Shown here: in pieces, positions 48,598 through 62,421 of the stretch
Layout of the letters: each line of letters begins with the position of its first letter
How positions within the stretch are numbered: the first letter of the stretch is position 1
Assembly (NCBI GenBank): GCA_046563655.1
Contig: CM102288.1
Location: 4,464,001-4,528,000, forward strand
Reading direction: 5' to 3'
Source of the DNA: Yuukianura sp. NJ FZ-2021
Lineage: Eukaryota
DNA length: 64,000 nucleotides
Made by a program: the position numbers and the translations under genes
The notes under the pieces: generated by a model
Database searches by the model: none
Seen by the model: only the letters and a program-made list of their open reading frames with translations
Told to the model about the DNA's origin: nothing

Positions 48598-51500
48598 ATG
48601 AGTTTCGGCTGGAAGAAAGTCCTTGTATACTCTACCCGCATTCCAAAACTGCCTCACTCTCCGCTCAACATTGCTCCAGCAAACATCATTCCACTTTCAC
48701 CTCAACCTACTACCTCTAAACAGCTACTGAAACACAATTCAACTTCAGTGCTCCATGAACAATCAAGTTAATCGAAAGTTAATTAACACCTTGTTTAATT
48801 ACAATTAAAATGGTAGCAGTTAAAACACTTTGGGTGCTCTGGAAGTCTTTTTCCACAAACTTTTCCTTCTCCAGTAGCAACTCCAGTTCGTCCAGCAGTA
48901 CCTCAAATTCCACAGATCGAAACGGTAAGCCTTTCTGAAGTTGAATTTCTTCGAGAATTTTGAAAAAATTGAAATTTTGAAGAGTTGAAAATTTGAAATT
49001 CATTTTGTTAGGTAACAAGGACACGAAGAGAGTAAAGTACAATAGGTTGCGAGCCTTTGAAAAAAGTGAGTCCAGTTACTTTCCCTGTAAATCAAGTGGC
49101 AGTACTACTTTTGGAAGTATGGTGACCATGACCAAGTCTGCGTCTGCGTACGGCTATGACACAAATGGGAACCACTCGGGGTCAACCAATTTGAGGTCAA
49201 CTCTGGACGACTCTGACTCCGAGTATGAAGACAACAACGACGACTTCTTCCTGTCGTCAACCCCAGACGAATTCTCAGATTTTGGTGAGCAACAACTAAA
49301 AATTCCTAGCTTAAATTCAGCTCTTATGTAGGTCATTTCGAAATTTATTCCTAATTTTTCGGTACTTTTAAAAAAAAAAGTTTGTGCTAAAATCTAATAA
49401 TGTTTAAAAAGAAAACAAACTTTCCCTTTGTAGTTTTCTTTCTTTTTGTCCCAATTATTTCGAAAAAGGAGTTTTTTGTGTTTTTTTTATTGAAATTGTT
49501 CCTTTTAAGTAAACAAGATTTTTTTTTCTTAGCGAAAGAACTCATTTTTGAGAAACTTTCTTTGTGGAAAGAGAAGTTTCCAATTCCATTGAAATCCTGA
49601 CATTGGTTGGCTCCTTTTCCTATTTCCTTTTGTGTTTGGTTCACCTATTCTTAAATTAAAGAGACTCCTGTTGGAATGAAATTTTCTTCCAGTCCTATGA
49701 ACTCTCCGTCCAATTTCAATTTTCCAAAGGAAAAGATACTGCCAAGTGAAAGCAGAATTTCAATTTGAACGTGTACTTTTAGCACTCGGCAAATATTATT
49801 CACTTTCAAAGTCTGCCGCGCTTCCTACAATATTAAATTTTGACAGTCAGTCGTTGGAAAGTCTCCAACATTTTGAAAATTAAACATTCGACGATCACTT
49901 GGTTTCCTCGAAATCTGGGAAATTTTGAAACTGAAACGAGACGAGAGTTCAGGGTCGACTGAATTTTAATTTGTGAGTTGTGACGGCACTTCCAATTTGG
50001 AACTTCCAAAGTTTCATGGAATTGGTCCTCCGAGGACTGGCCTATTTTCAAAATTTCGAAAGTAGGAAAATTATTTTGGGTTTTACGAAAACAAAGCCTT
50101 TTTTTTTAAGTAAAACTTTTGTTTTTGTTTGAAACAGAAGAGGAGGACGAGGCCCTGACGTGCGATGTCTGTGATCGATCCTTCTCAACAGTCAAAAGAC
50201 TTGCAGAACATCAACAGAAAAAACGGCACTACGGGTAAGATTTCAGTTTTTTTTCAAAATTTTGCAAAAATTTGAATTTTGTTCTCGGGAATTACAAAGA
50301 CCAGCAGCAGCAGGGCAGTGGTGCATTTATTTTCTTTTGGAATTTGTCCTTCTTTTCGTTTTGTAAAAAACAACGTAATTCGCGACCCATTTTCTGGAAA
50401 TTAATAGAGTACTGCGTTGTTCTTTTAATTAATTATTGACACTGTGTTTTCATTAATTAAAGGGAAAACGAGAAAGGCAGGTGGGAAAGGTGGGGCGGAT
50501 GGGTCAGGGTGGGGCAGAGGCTGTTAAAGTGGGGCCTCGATTCGTTTGAATTTTGAACTCCCCGCGGAACATGTACAGCTGGGATAATTATTAGTTTTCT
50601 CCGCTTTCCCCGTAATTTCACCCATCGCTTTCCCTTCGGCTGTGCTATCTGAAGTAATCAGAGAAATCGAATGGTGCTCATTTATTTAAAACCACTTTGG
50701 CCTGCTGCCATTGCACAAGTGGCTCCAACTCCGTCACTCGTCATAACTCCAAAAAATATTAAGTTGAACAGGCCGTTGGGAGAGTTACAAGAACTTTTGC
50801 TAGAAGGAATTCTGAAACGAGAATCAATACTTTTTCCCATCTCGAAACTTCATATTTTCCCACCAATCATTTCCATCAGACACGCGAATCCTCCATTTTT
50901 TAAACAACGAACTTAATCACTCATAAATATAACACAAGCCTACTACGCCTGTTTTCCACAACAAGTCAATTTAGACACAAATTACACGTTTTGGAAATTA
51001 ATAGCCAAAAATTAGCGACTCTACACACACAAAAACTAAATTCCATTTCTCCTCATTTCAATTTTTGCCAATTTTATTCCGAATTGGTACGCTTTTTTTA
51101 GGTTTTCTGTTTTCGTCAAAATTTTGGCCAAATGAAACCCCACGTGGCAAATTTCTATGAAGCCACGCCCATTTTTAAAATTTTCTGAAAAAAGTTGATA
51201 TTTTTTTCTTCTGATTTTGCGTGTGAATTTTAATGAAAGTTCTGTGAAATTGGAACTCAAATAGTAACGAGTTTTTATTGAGTCACGCCCTTTTTTGAAA
51301 TTTTGAAATTCTCTCTGAAATCAGTTCATTGTTTATGAACTGGACTTTTGGACACGAACGAACCACGAAATGTCAAAAGAGAGAAGCATTGATTAACAAA
51401 CAAACAGAACCGAAAAGCAGAAAAGTGACAGCTTTTTAGCCTCTCCCTGTTTTTCGAAACGACGTGTGGTAAATTTTCGCATTCTGAATGTCGTTTTTTT

Positions 51501-52661
51501 GTTAGGTTAGTATTTCTACCCCAACTTTCTCTTGCATCCTAACTTTCTAAACCCGCAACGTCTATTCTGTAAACCTAATTTTAAAAGCATGACAGGAACA
51601 GAATACCAAACATTCCCATTTCACGCGCTACTTTTTATCAAAAAACGGAAAACTTTAAAATTTGGTCGCGTTTTTCCTCTGAAACTTTTCCTTGCTTACT
51701 CCTCTCTCCCATAGAGAAAGTTTCTAACTTCGAATTTTGAAAATTCAAACAAAAAATCGAATGCACATTCCGATGTCACATTAGTATTTCGTTTATTTAA
51801 AGAATTGAACTTATGGAACTGATGTAACGAGTTGTTAAAAAAATGTTTACATTTTTTGCAGAGTGCAACATTAGTGTGTTAAGTGAGCTTTTGTAAATGT
51901 TTTCATTTCGAGTGACGAGTGATGGAGGGAGTAACTATTTTGGACCGAGGGGAGCATGTGGGTGGCCTGCTGCTTTGTAATTACGCTCCGAAAATCGGTT
52001 GGGCTTATGGAATGGAAGTGTAAAAGGAATACAGAGCCCAATGGTTACATAACCATAACCATCCATAACTGTAACCATTAGGAAGGAAGTGGTTACACAT
52101 GTAACCGTAACACTTTGAACGGAGTCAGCAGCATCTGTTTCATAACTTTGTTTCGAAGTAGACAGCATCTGAATCTGACACTGTTTTCACTTCCTTTGAA
52201 CCTCTCAGCCGCAGCCTGATTACCAAAGATTTATTCCCTTGATCTCTAAGCTCAACTGCGGTTTTTTGGCCACGCGATACCAAAATTAACAAAATTCTCG
52301 AAATTTTGGGAAAATAAGTCAAATGACGGCTGAAGAGGAAAATTATTGCAAGAACTTTGACTTTGAAGTCGAAAGTTGTCGAGAAACTGTGGAGCTTTGA
52401 TTAGACAGATTATTTGAACCTTGGGGATTACAGAGTTGGTTTAAGTTTCCAAATTTTCTAAAATTTTTAAAAACATTTTTTTGAAATTGTTGTAGGTGTC
52501 TTCAGTGCGATAGTATTTTTCCAAGTAAGCAGGCCCTAGACCACCACCGTCAAGAAATGGATCACTATGACTTCGTGTCTGACTACGACTCGGAGACAAC
52601 TTCATTCGAATCAGACGAAGAACCCACGCACAACACAGAGGAGAGAGAAAGGCTCCTCTAA
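48598..52661 (+). CDS. Small protein with two C2H2-type zinc fingers, Ser/acidic regions and a C-terminal ERERLL
   Basis: Predicted exons 48598-48766, 48817-48923, 49012-49284, 50138-50234, 52496-52661 splice in frame. CDVCDRSFSTVKRLAEHQQKKRHYG|CLQCDSIFPSKQALDHHRQEMDH. The 5' exons are less certain. Confidence 0.75.
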
Positions 52662-55050
52662 ACACAGAATTTCGAATTTCGAAAATCAGAATTCGGATTT
52701 CGAAAATGAAAACAAGAAACTTTTTAGTACTATATCAACTGTTTGGAAAGCCTAAAAGTTAGAAGGATATTCTCACCAACACTCCACCCAAAATATAACA
52801 TTTTTTTGGATATTGAGTTTTAACGTACTTCGTTCAAAGTTCGAAATTCGCACTTACAACTCGTGTCTGATTTTCACTTCTTTTTTCAAAAAGTTAAAAA
52901 TAAAATTGAAAATCTTGTCTCTTTTAGTTTAATTTTATTTTCCTTTCTTCGTAATTTCAAAAACTGCAATGGTAACAGGAAATTTTGAACTGATAAAGTT
53001 TAAAACTGTAACAAGAATTTTGGTTTTTCGGAGTTCGCCAAAGGCGGAATCGGATTTTTATAAGTGTCATTTCATTTGATGTGAAGATGTGATTCTTCTA
53101 ACAAAATTTTTTATCCATACCGTATGTATTATGGTTGTAAAACGGCGAAAATCGTCTATCACAAAAAATATCCTATACCTTTGAGCTCTAATTTTCTAAA
53201 GTTCGTTTAGAATTTAGAAAAACTAAAAAAATGTATTTAAAATTAAAAAAAAGTGTTAAAAAGAAGCGTGACTCAGAAGCATTACTTAGATTAGATGATG
53301 AATGATGATGGATATGCATTAGGTTAGATTACTTTCACCTTCTGAAGAGTTTACACCTTTCTAATAAATGTACCTGTCTGTCGCCCTCTTTTTCAAAAAA
53401 GCATCCCATCTACTAACTTTCAAAAAATGTAGCATTTTAGTTCGAAAAGTAGCGTTTTGATTAATTATTACTTCCTCCAAACATGCAAAGTGCAAAGTAC
53501 TAATATTGTATGTAACCCAAAAAGCACTAAAACGTAGAGATATTCACTTTTTCTGTTTAAAAAAACAGACAAAAATGTATTGAAACTTTATTCAATAAAA
53601 CCAAATGTTTCCGCAGTAAAACGTAAAGCTGTGAGTAAAATTTTATTGTAGCAATCTCGAAATCTCTTTCGCCATTTTTGAAACAAAACTTTCTTTTACT
53701 TTTTCAAAATTTCAGAAAACCCGAACCAGCTCCATCTTTTACGTTAGACCCACTTGAACAGTACACTTCATTCATAATTGTGCCACGTAGGGCTTTTCTT
53801 TTGTGCAAAAAACGTAACCTATTGTATTAGTTTTTCATAAAGATGAAAATTTTGGAGAGCAGGTCATGATCTTCTCCTTTCAAAAAATCCTTCTTTTTGA
53901 AAAATCTGAGCAGTGCAATGACACATCGATTGTGTAGGTGAATTGACACTTTTTATTGTCCAAATTTCAAAATTGGAAGAGAGTCTATTGCTGCTTTTCA
54001 AAAAGGAAAATCGTTCAAAAATGCTTCATACAAAAATGAAGGAGGTTGAAGTGTGTAATCTTCTTTCTCGTGAGAATTTTTATTAGTATTTCCCGTCTCT
54101 CAACAAAATCCAATACAAAAAAGAAAACTGTCTCCATGCTACACTTTCGGGGAAGCTGCAAAAAGTAGTTTTTTGGAAAGAGAGTGTAGGAGGATAATAA
54201 AAGTGCTACATGGAGAAAGTAGCTTCTTTTGTGCAAAAATGATTTTCTTGTGAATTTTGGCACACAAACTCTTTCATTTTTGCACACAAAGCGTGTCCTA
54301 AATTCTTGCCTTGAGATTACGCAGTTAAGAAAACCTTAAGGGAGCACTGAGGAAGACGATGACGACAATACTAAAAAACTTACAAAAAACTCAAGGTTCA
54401 ACGCTTCCAAAACTGCTATTGAAAAAAAAGAAATTGCACTTTTCCAAAAAAAAAGTTCGAAAATATGTAAGTTAGCCTAGGATTGCTGAAATTACTATAC
54501 TTCAAAAGCGCTTGCTCATTTGCCTACGCTGAAATTGAAAACCCAAAAAGTTAAGCAGTAAATAGTTTGACTTTGGTCGAACAAGTCCATTTTATACAAA
54601 AAATTGTTGTTCTAAATCAACTTCGATTTTTAGCTCCTTTCAGCTCCTTGCTAAAGCCACTTGTCATTTCCTTTGTCCTTGGGTTTGGAACAACTTCCTT
54701 TTCGAAAATTCCCTTTTTCAAAAACGCCTTTTTCGAAAATTCGAGAATTCTCTGCCCATGCAAAAACTTTCATGCTCAAAGGAGCTGCATTCTGGAAATA
54801 AATCTTGTAGCTTGTGACAACCTTTTACTTTCACTTTTCTCCGAAATGAAATTCATATCCATTAGCCTTTTCAAAATATTTACAAAATCCTCCATTTCTC
54901 CCGCCACGTGGATTCGGAGGCTAATAATAGTGCTGACTGTTGTAGAAGAAAACAAAGGAAAAACGACAAAGGACAAAGTGGAATTAGAGCCCATTGGGAA
55001 CTTCAAACAGCAAAGACTTTCTCCTTGGATTTATTGGATTCTGGAAGGTA

Positions 55051-55108
55051 GTTGTTCTGAACAGTTTTGTTCTGAACAAGGTTGTTCTGAACAAGGTTGT
55101 TCAGAACA
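55051..55108. repeat. 15-bp tandem repeat, 4 copies
   Basis: gttgttctgaacaag-like unit repeated four times. Confidence 0.85.
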
Positions 55109-58100
55109 GAAGAAGAGACAATGGACTCGAACCACCTTCAAGGAAGAATACTAATTCCAAAATCCTGGATCTTCTTCCAGAACCGCCCGAGGGACGAGGG
55201 TGGCAGAACAATAAATCATCCAGCCTTTCTTCCGCGTCTCCACATAGACTCCGTAATTCAAAACTGCTCAACTGAATTTTCTCAATTTGTCAACCTGACT
55301 GTGTTCAAACAAAGAAATTTAAAAAAAGAAGAGTTGAACAAATTGGAAGTGAAAGTGGAGCATAGTGTTTCTGTCTCTGCTGTTTGTGAATTCTGATGGC
55401 GTAAATCTTTTGGTGAAAACAGATTCTCAACTGAATTTTTCAGAAAAAAGGGAAAGTTTGTGGAGAAAATTTTTGGATTTGTTTTAAACCAAATCAGGTC
55501 AACCGCCAAAGTGAACTGACATGAATGTGACCTGAAAGACAAAGAAGTGAGAATAATTTTTGAAATGTTGGTCAAAAATTGAAATTTTTTCATTAAAAAT
55601 TATGCTCACTGCGCTAAAGAAGCAATGGACCTAATTTCCTCTGTCTTGAAGTGATCATACAACGTGAAATGAAATTAGCAGACGGTTCACAGCTCTAAAC
55701 AAACAAAAATTGGCGACAAGCGCCCAATCTGCTTCTTCAGTAATGGCTTAATATAAAATAGTAGTCAAAAGAAATTTTCTACGAATTGATTTTTTTGATA
55801 AATTTTTGGAAATCAGAGTATTCTGTTTTGTGTTCCAAAATTTTACAGTTTAAATACTTCAGCATTTCGTCTCTTAAATCCAATCAGTTATACACTAGTT
55901 TCTCGTGTGTCATCCATGTATGGAATATCAAAAAATTTTGTCTTGTGACGAGAAGTCTCGTTTTTTGAACTTTCTTTTCAAAAAAAGTAAAAGAGAAAAA
56001 ATTATGTGTCAAACCATCAAAAAAAACTTATCGGTTGCTTTAACTTTTTCTAAAACTTTCTAAACTACGTTGCTAAAACTTTTTTTGAACAAGCGTTCAA
56101 ATCAAAACCAAAAACTTATTTGTTCCATTGTCCTTGATTTAAAAAAATCTTCAAACAAAAAACAAACTTTTACAAGAAAAAAAAGAGCCTAAAGTGACGT
56201 AGGTATTTTTTAAAAAGTCTTTTATCTTTCTCTTTCTCCGTTGCATTGTTATTTGAACGAAATCCTTTTAACCAACCAGGAGTTCCGTGTTTTGAAGCGA
56301 ATTCTGGGCATGTTGTTTCAAATTGAAATTGTAAATAAATTTTAAATGAGATTTTTGACGTTTCCTTTGAAGTTTGGAAAAGGAGAAAGCGGTAAGATGG
56401 CAGTGAATGGTTAAGTGAATTAAGGCGGTGGGCTTTGAAGTTCCGGAGAAAGTACTGCGTTGTTCCACTGATCTACTTCAACCTGTGGCTTTCCCATTAA
56501 TTACTCATCAATGCTTCCGTTCTTAACCTAAACCTCCAGAAATTCAGAAATTCCAAAATTAAACTTCAAAATTTCATAGAATTTGAAATTACAATTCCTT
56601 CCACTAAAATCTAGTAAAACTTTTTAACGTGTAAAATTATTTCTAAAAACTTTCCCCAGAAAAAATTAAGGAACTTATTCGCAGTACTTTTTTAAATGAA
56701 GTACTTTTTTCTTTTCTTTTTTTAATATGATTTTTTGTCTATATTTTTTAGTCTGTAAGTGAAAGGTTGGTGAAAGGAGAAGCAGAGAGTTTTTGGAAAT
56801 TGGATAGAGACGTCTAAGCTTGCACTTGTCTTGTGTTTGTCTTCATCTTTTGAAGTGAAGGTTTAATTCTGCCCTAGTCACTCTCTCGTGATCTTTGACC
56901 TTCGTTTAAGATCATGTCAAGTCAAGGAGTCAGTCCGCTTTTGATCTTGAGGGATTCCAAAGGGAATTAAATCCTCAAAAGGTTTTGACAACCGTCTCCT
57001 TCACAAAACTTTATTTCATCCTTACCTTATTCCTTTGAACCTATTCAAACAACCTACTAAAGTTAAAAGCAATCTCAAAGACGACAACTTTCTCTTAAAG
57101 CGCTTCTTAATTTCCCCAATTTCAAAATTTCCACTTATTTTTTTCGCAATTTCATCTACTTTTTGAACTTGAACTTTGACCTTTCGCTTTGAGATGGGAG
57201 CTTTGTTATGTTAGGACAGCGGCAGTGTTTGGATTTAATTAAAAACAGGAATGATTTCCTGGTTTTCAAAAAAAATTGGAAAGTTAATGAAACTTCATTT
57301 TCATTGGAAATACAAACAAAGGGAGTTTCGAAATTGATTTTTTTTTTTGGAATTGTTGCACTTTCTTTATACTTTAGTTCACCTGTTTGAATAATTTAAT
57401 TTCTGTCGAATTTCTTTCTGTGTTTTTTCTCCCATTGCTTTCTCCTGTAAAACAAAAGACAATTTTGCACCGGAGGAGAACAAAGGAAATTGGAGTGGTA
57501 ACTTAGAAAATGTCAATTTTAATTTGAAATTGGACTCTATGGGGCTTTTGTTTTTGTTTTTTCAAATTGAAATGGAAGAAGCACAGCAAGCGATCAAGGT
57601 AAGGAAAAACAAGACAAATGAAATTGGACAGTTGAACTTTCTCTAATGTAATTGAAGTCAATCCAAAACCATCCTACATTAAATTTAACTACAACTCAAA
57701 AATGGCGGTAAAAAACGAACTTAAACAATGCAGTTCCTCAGCCTAGAGCAAGAACAATGAAAAGAAAATTTTGTAAGGAGATTTTCAAAAAACCGAAAAA
57801 AAAAAGTTTCTGAGACGAATCGTGTTCTCCCTCCACAAAAAACGTGATATTAGTTTTTCAAGATTTTTGAAGCAGATGGACGTGTGAAAGGAAATCGAAA
57901 TTTATTACTTCTTTTCGCCTCCACTTTCTCCAAAGTCACGCAATTTCTTGGGAATGTGATTTTTTTGGCGGGAAAGAAAAAACGAGAAAGTAAAGAGAAA
58001 GTTTATCTGATGAGTAGCCAAAAAACTTTCTATTTTTCTGCACGTTAAGCCTAAAGAGAGAGCAAACTTTTTGTTACAACTAGTAAGGGCAATTTTTAGC

Positions 58101-61100
58101 AGGCGAAGGGACAGTGGGAGGAAAATTACAAAGTTCTGAACATTTTAGACATTCATTTCATATTGAAATTTTAGTTGTAGTAGTTGCTGAATTTTTTAGT
58201 GTTTTGTTCTTGTAAATTTTGTAAATTAGGAACGGAAAATGGAGTAGTGATGTGATATTCCTTGGGGGATTTTATGCTTTCGAGCCAACTTTCTCCGCTC
58301 ACGCTCCTTTCACTTTCCATTTCTTTTTTTGCCAAGGAGCGAAAGTGAACGCGTAAATTTTGAATGTGGAGCCTCAAGAAATCCCATTAAAATTGCAAAT
58401 TTCCCTGTTTCTCATTTTATATTCCACAATCCAAAAAATCTGGGCAGAGGAGTGAGGGAAGTTATGCTTGGGGTGGCATATGGGACCAGTGGTGGGACCG
58501 AGGGTGGGAAAAAATGGGGGCGGGGGTGGGTAGCATCTGGGTGGAATTATGAAGTTGAACTAACTGAGCTGGCGGGTGGCATGAACCATCCGTAATCCCT
58601 TTTCCAATAAAAAGGAATTAACATCATCCCACCGTCGTAAACTTTCTCCTCCTTTTGCTCCTGCAGGCGACACTTCTCTTTTTCAGCATTTTCAAAATTC
58701 AAGACAGACAAGTAGTGTGTGACACTCCTCGACTTTTTTTTAGAGAAAAAGAAAGCCTATTAAATTTTAATTCAGAATTTTCAAAATTTTGACAAGGATG
58801 AAGCTGGCTTTCTCCGTGACGGTTTACGTCAGCCAGTTCCTGGGATTTAGAAAAGTTTCGTATGACAATAGGATTCATTATTTTTTTTATGTTTTAGGAC
58901 ATGAGTGAGAACAAACAACTTTTTTGGTTCGTGCAAACCCGGACTACAAAAATTTTCAAACTTCTGATTCACAGTAGAACTAAAAAAAACAAGTTTCCTA
59001 AAATTTCTCCTTTGTGAAAGTGAAATCCAACTTTCTCTGGCCCACAACCTCAGAAGTTGAAAACAAATTTTCAATTTTCGCTTGTTGAGAGAAAAATTGA
59101 GTTTTGAATTTTACTTTTTTTCAAAACTTATTTCGATACTTTCAAAAAAAAAACTTGTTTTTTTTTTCAATTTTCAATTTAGCTAACTAATTTCTTGTGC
59201 AAAAGCTTTCAAAAAATGTAAAAAAAAAATGTAACAGGATTCTGATCTCTTCAATTTGACTTACAAACTTGTGACAAAAGTTTCGTTCATTTTGAAAATT
59301 TGCAAAATTTTGCTAAGGATTTTAGACTTGCAAAATTTCATTAACAATTCTAGACTTGTAAAGCACTCAACGCATTTTATAAGAACACTAATTCAGTCCC
59401 TTGTTTTCCAAGAAAAGTTTTAGTTTAACGTTCAAACTTCTGCAACATGTTTTTATGTGCTAACTTCCTCGGCCAGTTCTACTCTATGACCTTTGACCTT
59501 CTGCTTAATTAGTACTGAAGGTCTTCACAGCCTCAGTACGTGTTTTACAATGTTCCCGAAACACGAAGCAGCAAAAGTTTACAGACTTTCTCTAACACGT
59601 ATCCAGGAACCGCCTTGTTACAAACTAATTAACACCACTAAAACTGGGGGCGTCAAAATTACATTTTGTTGAATAAAAAGTGTTAATTTTCTAACCAAGA
59701 CACAAAGAGACTCCTCATTAATGGTAGTCACTTTTGTGTAAAACAACTACAAAGTTGTTCTTTTTAGAGAAAACTTTGAAAAACTGGAAACCCGAAAGTT
59801 CTGACCTAAAAAGTGGAAAGAGAAAGTTAGCGCTACTCGGAGCATAAAATTCCTTTGATGTTTTTGAAATTAGAACCAACTCTGTATGGCTCTAGAGAAC
59901 AAAATCAATGCTGGATGTCAACTTAATCTAATTATCCCGCTAGAATTAGACGTTGTAATTAATCTCAACTTAATTAGTACTTTCTCCCTTTTTAGCAAAA
60001 AATCTGCTTTGACGCGAGTTCATCACGCAGCTATCACAGTATAATTGTTGAATCAACAGCGCCAAAAACTTTCTTGCTTTAGCTACCAAACTGCAACAGA
60101 TTTGTACAGTTTTCAGTCAACTTTAGAAGCAACAAAATACGTAAGTCGTGATATATTAATTTATTATAAGTTATATTATATTCATTATTATAAGATATAT
60201 TTATGTTTTTAGATTATGTTTTATTTTCTTTTTACAAAAAGTATGAGAATTAAACTTTTTGTACTGTAAATCGAAACTTGTTAGCCCCTTCTAAACTATT
60301 ATTCTCCACTTAGACTTTCTCCTTTGCCTTCTCCACTTTCACCGCTACTTTCTCCGTTCAACTACTTTTCCGTTTTGTACTTTCAACAATACTTTCTCTC
60401 CACTTCCTTTGAAACTTTCACTTTTGAAACTTTCACTCTGTAAACTTCGTGAAGGCCACTTCCTGCCCGACCGCTGGACGTTTCCATCTCCTTTTCTCTT
60501 TCTTTTTTTGAAATTCGAACGTAAATTTGTGAATGGGCGATATAATCTGGTCCGAGTTTTATGACGTTGCTGCTTTTTCGCATTGCTCGTCTCCCGCATC
60601 AGGTTCCCATTTTACGCTCAAAATGTTCTTTTCAACTTTCAAATCGCTTTCTCCGTTCCTCATTAACCGGAGAGCAGAAAAAAGGAAATGGAATTGCAAG
60701 AAACTTTCAAAGATCTTTCTTTCTCCCGGGCCAAGATTGAAGAAGATTTGAAAGGACTGACGAGATAGGAGTTCGGTAGGGTGGAAAAGCACTTGAACTG
60801 CTACAACCATCTCATAACAATTATTTCCTGCCTTCAATGCATCTCAAAGTAAAAGCTCCTTTCTTCCTAACTTTTTTTTGGAATTAGGTTAGCAACGTAA
60901 CCTATGGGTTGAGTAGATTAGGCTAGGACGTAACTGGGTAAGGGTAGGCTTAGCGTAAAGTACTTTTAGAAAGGAGACATTGAAATGGTTTTAGCACTTT
61001 CCATGATCACGCAGAAGGTTGGAAATTCATTTCGAATTCCAATTAATTCCAGAGAGAACGAGACATAGTGTCAAAGAATCAATTAAAACGGGCGCCTGGA

Positions 61101-62000
61101 GTGCCCAACAGTTTTAATTTCCAAAACTAAACTTCGTCAATCCTCTGCGTTTCGAATTTTGAGAAGGTTTGAATGAAATTACAAATTTGGAACATGATTG
61201 GAAAATTTAGTGCCGAAATTAGATAAAATATAAATACATTTTCATTCCAAAATTCAAAAACGAGAGACAGTATGCAAAAATAAAATTGGAAAAGGAGACA
61301 GAATAAATGAAAAAAGGAAATGTGGAGTTGGTGAATTAAATCTCTAAATGAAAAAGTGTACTTTAAAAGAGAAGTTTATTCGTTTTGTGTAGTAAATGGT
61401 TAGTGTAAGTGATGATAATGGGAGGAGAAGTTTAGAAAGGGATAGAATTTTGCACAAAATGGCAAAAACTTTTTGGTTTGCTAAAAAAAGACTATTTCTG
61501 CTAAGTCTTTGGAACTAGACAGTTTTATTACCTCGGCAGAAAATAAATGGGGTTTCGTGCTGCTGGAAATTACTTTGGAAGATTCGGCGGGGGAGTTTTC
61601 CGTTCGTGGTAAGGAAACGTGGAGAGAAAAAAAGAAAGTAGAAAACACAAAGACATTTTCTCGTTCATCTTTCTAATTTTATCTTTCGTTTTTTTTATTC
61701 TTTTGAATTAGAATTCCAAAAAAATAGACTACAAACTTTCATTCATTTTTCATCTTTTCAATTTTACAGTGCAGAACACATTCACTGTAAGAAACTTTGG
61801 ATTTTTAAATTGCTAAACTTATGATAGTAATCTAGTTTCGTATAGGCTTAAGAGTTACGGGTTAACTGAGATTTAAAATCCAACAAATTTCTGACTTGAA
61901 ATTCGAATTTAGTTTTTTTTTCTATTTTATTATGAAAATAATTTGTAAACAATAATATTAAAAAATTATAATAACACAACAATAAAATCGTTTTGTAAAT

Positions 62001-62421
62001 CTATTTCCAGCCGTAAGTAGGAACTTGAACAGGTTTTGGGTGTCCACTTGGTGTCCAAATGGACGAATGCCACCCCTTCTTTCTGAATATACTTGAGAGA
62101 TCAGCTAATGGAAGAAGTTTTCTGAAAAGAAGGTCAAAGGTCAAAATGGAAGGCCAAAGGTCAATGACCTGCAGGTCGAACCAAGTTGTTAGTTAACTTG
62201 AAAGCTAAATTCAAAACAGTTTCTTACTGTAAGTAAGCAGTCTTGCCAGTAGAAAAGAATGACGAATGATGGTCGTGACCTCCGTGACCTTGATCATGAT
62301 ATAGAGCTCCTGGGTCACCGGCGTCGACTATGTCAATCACATGACCTCCTCCCGGTGGAAGAGCAACTACTACAGACGTTATTGTGACAAGGAGTAACAG
62401 AATTTGAAAAAGTGTCAACAT
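62001..62421 (-). CDS. Small secreted His/Gly-rich protein of about 105 aa
   Basis: Exons 62421-62228 and 62121-62001 with a GTAAG...CAG intron. Signal peptide MLTLFQILLLLVTITSVVVA, then HDQGHGGHDHH and ..FRKKGWHSSIW..PTYGWK*. Upstream TATAAG (about 62514-62519) and Inr-like TCAGTC (62478-62483); downstream AATAAA at 61926-61931. Confidence 0.75.

Noticed and set aside
54567..55396. 195-aa ORF with CSEQ repeats and neighbouring ORFs
   Set aside because: TTG start, no recognisable domain or exon chain; the CSEQ run comes from a 15-bp tandem repeat.
60885..60955. Interstitial TTAGG telomeric repeat
   Set aside because: Only a few scattered, degenerate units.
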